From positions 343,657 to 407,656 of the forward strand of contig NW_005434593.1 of NCBI RefSeq assembly GCF_000315625.1: a DNA stretch of 64,000 nt. Reading direction: 5' to 3'. This DNA is from Guillardia theta CCMP2712 (lineage: Eukaryota > Protista > Cryptophyta). This document shows positions 12,180-28,395 of this stretch, piece by piece (within the stretch, counting starts at the first letter, position 1; the number at the start of each line of letters is the position of its first letter). Both the position numbers and the translations under genes were made by a program. The notes below the pieces were generated by a model. It had not been told where the DNA came from, did no database searches, and saw only the letters and a program-made list of their open reading frames with translations.

Positions 12180-14880
12180 TCATCCTGCCGACTGCTAACT
12201 TGAAATCAGTACGAGGACAAACAGGAGAGTAGAGGAGGCTGAGTCACTACTTGTAGGCGATCGGTTGAATTTCTGGGGGACCTGAAAAGGGTTGGTGTGG
12301 TAAAGATGAGAGGCTCTATTGTCAAAGTGCCCCGGAAATGAGGGGCATGCTAGCAAGAGGAGCAATGTCGACTACCGGTAGTTTTCTCTGCAAGGACCCG
12401 GTCTGGCATAATTGGCTCTTGACGATCAGGTGTCACACAAAATCTGCTCGTGGTACGGATGAGGCAAGCGGGGGGCTGCCGTCGGACATGCCTGAGGACC
12501 AGGTACTATAGGCCCTAGGTGGGGTGCCAGTGGCATGGTCATCATTCCTAGTGGGTAGGGTGGCGTGGCAGTGGGCGCCAATTATCATCGGACGATGGGT
12601 GGGCACTATCCCTTCTGGAGAGTGGGGTGGTACGGTGCCGGCCTATTTCATTTTTTTTAGGGAACCTTGAGGGAGAATCAGGGGGGTGGCGGCAGACCGG
12701 GTAGTGAATGTTGGGGGGGAGGCCCGGGGGGTCCCATCAGTCATCATTACCAGACTAGGGGTTCTCTCTTTTCTCTACAATGGGTTTTTATTGTTATTGT
12801 TCCTATAATAGTAATAATAATGTGCACCTGTTGCACGAAGCCTCCGAGTAACTTAAGACAACAGACATTGGGGGTCTTTGGGGGGTCAAATAGGGGGTAG
12901 TGGTACTGGGTCTTGACCGAGATGACTAGAGCAATCTGTGATCGCCGCGGCCCAGAATCAACAGGACCGGTCATGGGACCGATGGTCAGAGAGGGGGTGA
13001 GGGTGCAGAATCTGGTAGTTAACAGTTGTTAATGTGTGAGGGGTGGTCAAGGGTAATAAAAAAGGTTACTACTGTTGACGAGGTACGATCGGTGACGAGC
13101 GTGCAGGGGTACCCCTAGAAAAAGAACCACCTCCACGGTATAAGGAAGGGTACAAACGATGCCATCCGGTACTATGTGGCCACAGGGGTCCAATTTTGGT
13201 GAAAATAATTGCCATGGGAGGGGTACTAGTGGGAGAGATGTACCAGTGGATACGGTCCTAGGATCGCCCGAGGTCCGGAGCTTGCCAGAGGCAGACATAT
13301 ATTTGAGTTAGAGGGTGGGATAAAACGGGTCGAAGGTAAATTTGGGGGTGGGGTGGATGAGGAGGAGGGTACGACCAAGGGGGTCGTCGGCGCGGTAGTG
13401 TAGGAGAAGAAGGGAAGGGGGTCACGGTTTGCAGTAGTCATCAACTTTCATCACTCGCTTTCCTACCACACAGAGGGCAGGACTACCGGGTGGAGTGTCA
13501 TAACAGTGTCTGGATCAGTACAGGGGTAGGTGGGCTGACGTATGTTCTAGGGGACGGTGGGGTGAATTTCAATTGTAAAAATTTGGTTGCTGTATCACCC
13601 TACCGGGTATTTACACGGAAAGTGGACGGGTTATCAGGAATGGATAGAGATGGTGGGTCCCTTTTGAAACTAATTCGGGGAGGGTAGGAGGGTGCCTAGT
13701 GCCCGAGGTGCGTATTAGACTACCCTATCCTATGAGCCATTATTCACTGGGGCCTGCCGAATTGGCGTAATTTTTTGGCCTTTTCATAATCTATAGTGTG
13801 GGGTAGGGTACCAGCATATCAGTGGGGTGGCGGAAAAAAAAATTTATCGGTGGAGTCATCAGCGACAGGGAGCCAGGGGTCATTGGTAAGTACTAGTAGT
13901 GGAACAGTGTCAAGAAAGGGGGTGGGGGTACAGGCACGAAAGGGAATAGGGATCGATGGAGGCAATCCCAGGGGTGTAGGTCAGAAAGGGTGGAATCAAC
14001 CCTTCAGGATCCTTGAGCAAATCTGGTAGATGCACGGGTACAGAAACTTTGGATATGGTGGGGTGGGCGAATGTTAAATTCAAGGGGGTAAGGCAAGATT
14101 TTTAGATGGGGGTGGGGGTAGTAGGCAGTACATACCGTTCCATGTTCGAAGTGAAAAACCAGATATGGTGGGGTGTCATAGCCGACGCAGGGGGTAGTGG
14201 AAGTAGAGGGGGTAGTGCGTCAGGCTAGCAGGGGGTTGGAGGATACGAGGATATTTAAGAAGAGGGGTCATTCTGATCCAAAGATAGAGAAGGGGGTACT
14301 TTTAGGCAGAAATCATGGATTTTAGTATGGTGGGGAGTCAGTAGTGTGGCTGAGAACGGGTGGGGTTGACGAAACTAAATCAGATACAGAAAGGATCAAG
14401 GGTTGGGTCTTTCGATTGGGTCTGACTGAAATTGGGGGGGTAGGGGTGGGTACCCCAGCGGTCATAAACCGACCCAAAGACGGCACGATGCTGTGATGGG
14501 GCAAGGGGAGAGTGAGGCGGTGGCTGACTGTTAAGAAAGTAGCAGCGATGGCATTCAAGACGAGAGCTGTAGAGAACAGTAAGGCGATGTCCTTAGCGAA
14601 GATTGCTGCTGGAAAGCTGATCATACAGAGAGATTGTAAGAGACGCTTGAACGAAGAAGTGTAGTGGAGAAACAATGATTGCAGGAAAAGTGGACTGGAA
14701 TGAAGAATATTTGTGGAATAATGGCAGACGCCACATGAACAACAATCTGATGATAAAGTTAAGTATAGGAAGATGAAACATTGTGGGAAACATGCAGGCA
14801 AGGCTGCAAGAGCGAACCAAGTTGGAAGCAATTTGGTTAGTTGGGAGCTAGGAAAAATTGGAATGTCAAACTGGTAGTTG
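12180..14880 (+). pseudogene. Degenerate coding-like sequence, possibly a decayed non-LTR retroelement, overlaid by GGGT/GTAC-rich texture
   Basis: 14497-14877 reads as one protein-like frame interrupted by in-frame TAG/TGA/TAA (WGKGRVRRWLTVKKVAAMAFKTR...), with the antisense mirror frame open (14322-14831). No intact RT motif was seen. Confidence 0.3.
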
Positions 14881-15206
14881 TATTTCTCAAGGGGCTGAGC
14901 TTTTTATGTGTTTATGAGGTTTTGATTGGTAAGTATGAATTGTGAATGTTCTGTGCAAGGAGATATTTCTCATGAAAGTTTCAAGAATTTATTGATTTCG
15001 AAGGTTCGTACATGAAATGTTTTCCTGAGCAGCCAGCAGTGAGCAGGCAGGATAGTATTATGCATACAGTGGGATTCAAAGAAGCTAATATCGCAGAGAG
15101 ATGTAGGTATGGATTGAAGGGTAAAAGAATGTGATCCAAAATGAAGGTGGTACAGTTGAAGGCAATGTACTTGTAGAGCAGAGGCCATACCAATCATGTT
15201 AGTCTC

Positions 15207-16912
15207 ATGAAACTAACCCGCTGCCTTAGCAATTGCTCTCATGGAGCTTGGGATCTAAACGTGGGTCTAGCTGTCCGACGATACTCTTTTTCAAAACTTG
15301 AGATCATGGGAAGACCTGTCGCTTCAGAAGAGAACAAGCAGCTCGGCCTCTGCTTTGCTCATGCGGTATCTGCAGCCTATCTCGAGTGTTCAGTGCCATG
15401 ACTGTACTCTGATAGGTCACCGCACCCTCAGAGGATCCTGCGTCCGTCGTAGCTCGGTCAGGCAGGCTCTGTATCTTCGCAGCTCTGGAAGAATGTTGCC
15501 CAAGTTCTATCCGAAATCCAACTTCGGCCAAGGGACGGCGCGGCCTCACCATGATTGAATTCAACAAGTCTTTAGAGAGAGCCGGGTTCCGAAAGATGCG
15601 AGATCGCAGGATTGATGCTGCAACAAGACAGGAGGATCCAACGGGAGGTGAGAGAGGCCATTCTTGTTCATGTCGTGTGCTGATCGTATTGCAAGCCGGC
15701 CTCTGCTTGTTCAGCTTTCGCCAATGGAAGAACCCAGACGACGAATCTAAGAAATGGGACCTCTTCAAGAGCTGGGAGTACCTTGTCGAAACATTTCCTC
15801 ATTTTGGCGCGGAATGCAACTGGGAAAAATTCCTCTCTGTGTGCAAAAGATACGAAGAGGGATGGAAGCCATACTCGGGAGCAGGAAGAAAGATGGTCAA
15901 AGTCGTTGTAGCAGATAGAAAGAACAGCAATAAGAGCAAACCAAAAACCAACATGAACCAACAACATGGAAATCCATCAGTGCTGCGACCGCTGCAGTGG
16001 CATTCTCTACAAATGAACTCATGGATGGAAAACATCTCTGGCTTGCAATCACGGATCGGACCTGCGGATAGCTCTATTGTCAACTGTCTAGGAGTAAGAT
16101 GAGATCATACGACGAGAGAGAATTCTGATATCAGTGTGAGCAGGGGACAGCAGATCTTTCAAAGTTTCAACTGCGTGATCCGAAGTTCGTCAAACCGGAT
16201 GGCAGGGAAGACAAGGCGAACACCTCCAACATGCTGGAGTTACTCGCAGCAGCAGGAGCAGCACTGGGAACGATCAGTTCAAAGACAGATCAGGTGACGT
16301 TGTCTGACTGGTACCTCCAAGTATTGACGTACCTTTTTCCCTTGAAGCAGCATGGTGTGATCAAACCAGAGGCCCAACACCCTGCTCTTGTTCGAACCAA
16401 GAACGAAAAGCCACAACCCACAACTTCACAGATCAGAGCTCCCTGGACACCAGGAATTGCTGGCAAGCAGAATCAAGGTTTGCTTTGTAGCTTATTGGAT
16501 ACTCCCTATGTGACTCTCCTCAGGGTTTCTACCAAGTCAAGGCGAGGGCTCATCGTCATTTCTGAAAGTGCCTTCGACGCGATCGTTGACTTCCGTTGTC
16601 CAATGTCTGCCGACCAAGACAGCAGACAAGAACATGAAGGAGCACATGGAAAATCCCAAAGGGATCCGAGTTTCCGATCTCCTGGCCCATGACGGAGGCA
16701 ACCTGCCCCTGAAGAGAGATAGACAAGAAACGGTGAAGCTTGCTGTCACTGCTGCACTTGCTGACATCCTGCAGCAGGACAAGGATCTCAACATAGAAGA
16801 CAAACAACTTCATAAAGCCATCAAGCTCGCTTGTGGCCCACACAACAAAAGCAAGTCAGGTCTAGACCCCCTGCTTCACCTCTGGGAGCAGGCGAACATA
16901 GTTGGATTGTGA
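15207..16912 (+). CDS. Hypothetical multi-exon protein (5' end uncertain)
   Basis: Short GT-AG introns join ORFs 15207, 15551, 16231 and 16568 (…GLTMIEFNKSLERAGFRKMRDRR…GLCLFSFRQWKNP…LDPLLHLWEQANIVGL*). No recognisable domain. Confidence 0.6.
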
Positions 16913-17367
16913 TTGCTTTACATGATTGCACACGAGTCAAATTAGTTTAGAACTTCTAGTAATGTAATGGAAAGTGAAATCAAGAGTGAAGTGGAAGAAG
17001 CGTGCGGACTTATGTCTGGCCCCGGAAGAGAAATGTTACTTTCGTACACGAGCGATAGATAACAGAAGCGGCACTTGACATTTGGATGGGAAAAGAAGAT
17101 TCGGAGACAGCAAATGGGTCGATGAACTATAAGCAAAGAGTGAGAACAGGAACATGATACTGCAACGTCGACAGTTGAAACTCGTTCTCAAGTGCAGCAT
17201 CGACCGAAGAATCACATTTCACAAGGATATGTAGATGCGAAAGTAAAACCTAGAATTTACCATAAGAAGCAGATGTGCAATGAACGGAATGATAAAATCG
17301 GTTGCTGGAAATATCTCTGGATGAAAACAACAAATCTATTACTCAGACTTTATTGAAAGCCAATAAT

Positions 17368-17529
17368 TTAATAGCCACGGGCAGCCATGCGCTGCTGGTT
17401 GTTGGCAGGGGGCTCATCGTTGGAGTCGATGACGGTGTTGGGGGTAACACCGTTGGCGTTGTGAGGCTCAGCCCAGGTGTTGATGGTGTTGACGTCATCG
17501 AGCATGGTCATGGCGAGGAGAGCGAACAT
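17368..17529 (-). CDS. 53-aa small protein, copy 1 (MFALLAMTMLDDVNTINTWAEPHNANGVTPNTVIDSNDEPPANNQQRMAARGY)
   Basis: 161/162 nt identical to 19423-19584. Strong C-ending codon bias. Branch point and acceptor (GCTGAC...TCAG) lie just 5' of the ATG. Confidence 0.8.
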   Translation of the reverse strand: MFALLAMTMLDDVNTINTWAEPHNANGVTPNTVIDSNDEPPANNQQRMAARGY

Positions 17530-19422
17530 CTTCCCTGATACAACGGGTCAGCAAATGCTACGAAAGTCGTGAAATATCTGCTCTATACACAATAGAACAT
17601 CACAAGATGAGAATGGTTTGTAGTGTGATCACCGAGCGTGTTCATGTGTGAAAAACCGAATCAATTTTGTTTGAAAAAATATCCATCCATTCAGTGTTCA
17701 ATGGCTGCATTCGAACCAAACGCAAACAAGAAAATTGACACAAATATCACAGTAGCATAGAGGGACGCTAATTTTTGACGAACAAGTGTCAAGGAGAAGG
17801 AGAATTCATCTCCACGCGATCGTCAAGCATGCAAAGGAGGCGTGGCGGGAAGCGCCATTACCTGAGTTTGCCTCTCCTCCTGTCTCTCCGAGGCAACTAA
17901 AGCCCCTCCCCCGAAATAGAACACGAAAAAAAAATAACCCCCACCCCAAAATGTTCCACACCCTACCCTTGGGAAGCCCTAGATCTGACATCCCCTAGTT
18001 TGCGAATCCACCAGTAGATTGAGTACCTTCCCCCTCTTTATCACCCCTCATGTTCGCCTCTACATTACCCCTTACTACTTGTCATACCCCTCTAATTGAA
18101 CAGCTCTGCTAATCGGACCCCACCATGCTACTTTGAACCCCCAGATTTCGTTCAATCTGTCTACCCTACCCCTCTGTGTAGGTCCTCCTTTCTGATTGCC
18201 CACCCACCGTGATAATGGTACTACCGTTCTCACTACCCCCTGGTCCTACCACATTTAACCCACCCTACAGACTCTTTCCCCCACCTATTCACTTCATACA
18301 CAAGCTCCGTGCTTCACCCATGGTCCACAGAACTTGATCAATTACCCCTTGAAACCGCCTGGAAAATAGGGGTAGAATGTTTCGGGGTCAAGATGCTTCA
18401 GCTTCCAGTTCAGTTTGAGACTGAGCTCAAATCTCAGTAGTAAATTTCGTGTATTGAGTATGAGCCCCCAATCTATTTCTATCCCTACCCTACCAATCAG
18501 ACTATTCTTCCATGGACCCTATCTTGATACTACCAACACACCGGTACTCCAACATACCCTACCTAGGAACATCAAAAAATGGTGCTGTACCCCTACAAAT
18601 ATAAACAGAAACACCCCACCCATCCTCCACACCCCTTTGTTCTATTTCGGGCAGTGCTACCCGAATAAGACTGGGACCCACCCCACCTATACCATACTTG
18701 TTAAATAAAGTACCCACCCGTTTCCTCAAGTACCCCTGGTCTGAGATGGTATTACCCAGCACAAATCCTGTCTCCATCCGACGGTATCGGCAACCACCCC
18801 TTCAAACCCAGGCACTACCCAGGCATTCTAGAGCCAATTTTGGTTACCCACCCCATTGTTGAAACAGACAAAATATGGGGTGAGGTAGTTCACCCCACAG
18901 GCCTGTTTCCCTCACCAATCTACAGAAATGGTTGGAGAAAGAAGGGGTGGTGATAGAGTTCGGAGGGTGGGGGGGTGTTGAGGGTGGTCTTCTACTTATA
19001 GGGCCGGGCGAGGAGTTTGAGGTATCAAAGGTGAGACCTGATCATATTCCATGCTGTTGCCCTGCGTTATATCCGAACAGCTCCTGCTCTTCCTCCTCTC
19101 ATGCTCCAACACAAGCACTTCCATCTCACATGCTCTGTTTGCTCTACCCCTGCATTCAGCCCTTCGAATGGTTGCTGTGAATCCCTCCTGTATCTGCGCC
19201 AGGAAATGTACTCGCATGGGAAATGTTGTGTTTGTGGGAGGAAGTGGTGGATAGGCACACTTGTACATCTGTTGGAGTGCAGCGGTGAATGAGAACATCA
19301 ACAGCACGATTATCTCATCAATTTTGAATGTGAATACGATGGAGAGATGAGAGGAGAGGGTCCATTGAAGAGTTGTTCTACATGTGATTACGTGCACGAT
19401 ATTGACTCTAGTTTGCAGGAAG

Positions 19423-19584
19423 ATGTTCGCTCTCCTCGCCATGACCATGCTCGATGACGTCAACACCATCAACACCTGGGCTGAGCCTCACAACGCCAAC
19501 GGTGTTACCCCCAACACCGTCATCGACTCCAACGATGAGCCCCCTGCCAACAACCAGCAGCGCATGGCTGCCCGTGGCTACTAA
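19423..19584 (+). CDS. 53-aa small protein, copy 2 (identical protein)
   Basis: Inverted copy of 17368-17529, preceded by TTGAC...TTTGCAG|GAAG ATG. Confidence 0.8.
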   Translation: MFALLAMTMLDDVNTINTWAEPHNANGVTPNTVIDSNDEPPANNQQRMAARGY

Positions 19585-19695
19585 ACGTCTAAAGGAGATT
19601 GCTTCCATGTAATTGCACTATTTTTCAATGAAACTTAAAACATCATTTCATGTCCCAGCAACATGCAGTTGCAACCTTTATTAACACATGTGAAA

Positions 19696-24299
<4,604 letters not shown>

Positions 24300-24994
24300 G
24301 CCGAACCCCAAGACGAAGCTGGAGCATGAACATGTGCTTGCGCTTGTCCGCTTACATGGGATTACCTTAGCGTAAGGACCTTGCTCTACACCTCCTCCTC
24401 CTGCTAAGAATGTGCGAGATATGATGATGAAGATCGCCATTGCCCCTCTCCATCCTCCGCTCAGCCTCCTCCTGGCCATCTTGCTCGCCCACCATGCGCG
24501 CTCCGGAGAGAACAAAGTTGGAGGGGGTAGAGGCGTGAATATGGGGGGTGATGGTGTAGGGATCTATCATTGTACAGGTGAATCTATGGTATAAAGCAGG
24601 GGTATAGTGGCATTTGTATGGGTGGGGTTTCTACTGTAGGGGGTGGGGGTAGTACCAGCGATCGCCCGATAAGTAGTTCATGTTCAAGCCTGCCTCAGTT
24701 ATAAGCAGAGGAAGAGAAAAAGGCAGAAGGTTTCACCCCTGTCGCCCGAACCGAACGGAAGCGAGCGGTCGCATTTCTAGCATTTTGGGTGAGAGGAACG
24801 AGACGAGAGGAGAGGAGAGGAGAGGAGAAGAAGAGAAGAGAGGTGAGGTAAGGCAGACGGAGGAAGACACATTAAGTTTCTTGTTGAGCTCAGTCAGGGG
24901 CAGTGAAGGTTGAAGGTGCAAGAAACCGTAGTAGGGAGTGACAACTACCGACAAGAATTTGTTAACGCAGGAGAATTGAGATAAACCGAACAAA

Positions 24995-26409
24995 ATGAGT
25001 ATGAAGCAACTTCTGGGCTTCTGTTTGATCTCTGTGCTACTGCTGCCATGTAGTTTCTGCTTTCCTCTTGCCGCAAGGGGTGGGATCTTTGCTATGAGGA
25101 ATTTCAAACTAAGGCATGGTGCAAACAAAGTCTCAACCAGTCGCAGCGGACTCTCCGCACTGAGATCCAAGTTTGAGTTCTATGAAGTGCAGCAGAGCAG
25201 ACAGTACAACATCGCTAAGATCCAGCAGGGTTACTACGTGACAGATGCCGACGGTCAGGTCCCTCTAGAAAACGTGCTTGCGCAGAAATTCAAGAGCTCG
25301 ACGAGGGCGGCAGATGACATGACAGCGATCGAGAAAGACATGGGACTTGACGACTTCGTTGCGCTTCAATCAGAGTATCCAAAGCCAAAATATCTGCCAT
25401 CCCTCGCGGCGAATGATCCGATCGTTCAGGCCATTACGAACAAGTGTGGGGCAGGACAAGTCTTGTCGTTCCACCTGCTGGACAAACGATGGAATGGGAA
25501 CTATATCATGCGATATGCAACATCCGATGGCGATCTGTTTGTGAAGCTGAATCACGAGGAGAACAAGTCTGTCTTCGTTGCGGAGGCGGTCGGTCTCACA
25601 TCGCTCCTCAAGTCAGGAGCTGTCCGTGCCCCGAAACCACTGCATGTCGGAGAAATCCATGGAGGAGAGGATGGGAGAGGCTCGTTCTTGATCACCGAGT
25701 TCCTGGAGCTGTCTCCCTTTGGAAGCATGACCACAACTAATCAAAGGATCCTCGGAGAGCAGATCGCCAGGCTTCACACTAGCGGAAATCTTGACGACAT
25801 TCACAAGGGACGGTTCGGGTTCATGGTGAACAACTTTCATTCCCGTACGCCTCTTGACAACACTTGGAGCTCCACGTGGGTTGAATTCTTCACTCGAAGA
25901 TTGACGTCGCAACTTGGCATGCTGCAGAAGGAACAGGTTTCTCGATCTTGCTACACTCGATCTTGCTACATGATGAGTTCTGACTTTGTACTCTTTAGGA
26001 TTGGAGACCTTTCTTCAACGTGAAGAATCAAACCTTTGTCAGCCTTCTATCACGGGTCATCGACCAACTTCCACATGATTTTAACAAGCTGGCCATCACA
26101 CCTTCGCTCTTGCACGGTGATTTGTGGATCGGGAATGCGGGTGCCACAACCGACGGTCCTGTCCTCTTCGATCCAGCCTGTTTCTTTGGTCACTCGGAGT
26201 TCGATCTTGCAATCATGAAGATCTTCGGGGGATTCTCCGACGAGTTCTTCCAGGCATACTATGAAATCTTGCCACAAGAAGAGGGTTTCGAGCAGCGAGA
26301 GCGATACTACCTGCTCTACAACTATCTGAATCAGCTGAACCTGTTCGGAGACGAGAAAGTCCTTGTGAAATGCATCAGTGTAATGCAAGAGATCTTGCAG
26401 GGAGATTAG
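24995..26409 (+). CDS. Fructosamine/ketosamine-3-kinase family protein, probably plastid-targeted
   Basis: Motifs FVKLN, FVAEAVGLTSL, PKPLHVG, GRFGF, PSLLHGDLWIGN, FDPACFFGHSEFDLA, YNYLNQLNLFG. One intron at about 25937-25999. N-terminal signal peptide ending ...SFC|F followed by an S/R/K-rich transit-like segment. Confidence 0.9.
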
Positions 26410-27593
26410 AACATGTGAGGCATTGACGTGTTAAGAAATGTAATCTAGTAATCCGCCCTTCCCAACCTAAAATGATCTCAACATAACTCTCCGACTGTTC
26501 ATCTCACAACGGAAAGTGTAAAAATGTGCAAGTTTCTCCTTGGCTTTTGTCTGCAAACTCAAAACTTGTCTCATGCTTTAAGGATGCCACGGCTGAGTGT
26601 ACGTGTTCTGATCATCGTCAAGGTACCCTCTTCCTCCATCGTTGTTTCCCCATGGACCATCCTGATAGAAGAATTCAGCCGTACATACGAGCAGCAAGAG
26701 CGCAGGCTCCTTGAAATTCAACAAAAGCTATGCCCCTCCCGTTGTTTTCTTCTTTCATCTGAAACCTATTCTACTCCCTTCGTTTAATCCCTCCCTTTCT
26801 TTCTCTTTCCTGGCATTTGCAGCCTCTCGAACAACCTACGCATCCATCTACTTGCGTCGCCTACTCTATCTTCATTGTTGACTCACATTGGGTGGGTTGA
26901 CGCTCCAGTTTGGCTCTGGTCGGTGAGGCACGCACTGAAATCGTTGTTAGAAACACACATTCCCCCATCTCCCCTATGGTGTCGAGTTCTTGACTTTGAA
27001 GCGTTTCTATCTATTTGCTTCCTTTGTCCACTCTCAGCCCATTTCAACAGGGTTCTCCGATACCTCTTTCCCATCCGTTCTTTCCTGACTGTTCATCCTG
27101 CTTCATTCTCCAATTTCTATTCCCCTTCGTCTCACTCCGAATCTCCTTTTCCCTCCCTCCTTATCCCCCTTCCCCCTCCCCAATTATCCCCCTTCCTCAC
27201 TCTCCACATCCCACTTCTTCTCTCTCCTCCTCCACCTTCTTCTCTCTCCTCATCCTTCATATCTCATTCTCCCATTCTCATCTCTCCTCTTCCTCTTTTA
27301 CCTGGTGCCATGAGCACTTCGACGCCTCCGCTCCAGCCAGCTTCACCAGCATTCTGGGCCCTTTACTCTCGTCTCTTCACTGAGACCCCACCCCCATTAT
27401 ACTAAAACAGTACCCTACCCGTCCTATGCAAAGTATTTGGAAGATAGCGTATGGGGTATATCGAATACCCCCACCCTGTTAAAATACAATACCCGTGTCC
27501 AGGACTGAAAGAGCGAAGGTGGGGTTATCTTGATGTCAAGCCGCATCCCCGCTCATGCCACTTCCGTTGCCTGACTTGACAGGACCCAACAAA

Positions 27594-28219
27594 ATGTCGC
27601 GCAAGTCGCGTTCTGCAGGAGGAATCAGAGAGGAGGTGAGAGGATGGCGGATAACTTCTGCTCCTGGAGCTCTTGGGTGAGTTGGTAGGATTGAGATTGA
27701 AAGCATTCCAGTAACTCGATATGATTGACAGCGTCGTCTATGACTTCCTGCCCATCGATTTCAATCTTCTCCTCGAGGAGCACGCTAACTGCGAGGAAGG
27801 CAAGACATTAGCGATGCTAGAGGTGATGTCGATCACAATCACAATGCACCTTATAATGCTGCTGCAAAAGTGTAATATCGGTTGGTGCTACTTGAATGGT
27901 CGAGGGTGTCCCAGGGATTACAAAGAAGCTACCAAGTGGTTTTCGAAGCATCCCAAGCAAAACTCAAGTGCAGGAAGTCAATACAACATGGGGTGAGAAC
28001 ATACTGATAGAACACTGAGATATCCTACTATCAAGCTCCAACTTACGCGTATCTTCTGGCAGTGTTATGTACTCGTTCGCTCTTGGGGTTGATAAGTTGG
28101 AGCGGCAAGCGTCGGAGGCTTTTGGATACTACAACAAGCTCAGAGTGCAAGAGCGACAGATGTATGAGATATGCAACTCAGGAGCCAAAGCCCTAGATCC
28201 GAGCTATACCACTAACTGA
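27594..28219 (+). CDS. Small Sel1-like repeat protein
   Basis: Spliced CNIGWCYLNGRGCPRDYKEATKWFSK and SQYNMGVMYSFALGVDK...AFGYYNK match the Sel1 repeat consensus. Several short introns. Confidence 0.75.
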
Positions 28220-28395
28220 CATGTGAAACAATTATCTTACTGTATGAAACGAAACTTAATCACTAAAACCTATGATGTGATATGATGCTTGAGATAAATG
28301 TTGATAGTTTCAGCATCATTCCCTCGCGCCCATTCATCAGCGAGTTTAGATCTCATCAATCATTTATTTACACTTGTACATGCTGGATAATCAAT

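Noticed and set aside
17368-17529. Assignment of the 53-aa peptide to RebB-like ejectisome (Tri) proteins
   Set aside because: Size fits, but no recognisable Reb-type motif was seen, so it is left unassigned.
26524-27405. ORFs 26524-26787 and 26875-27405
   Set aside because: No motifs or consistent splice pattern, with pyrimidine-rich low complexity. Possibly a decayed element but unsupported.
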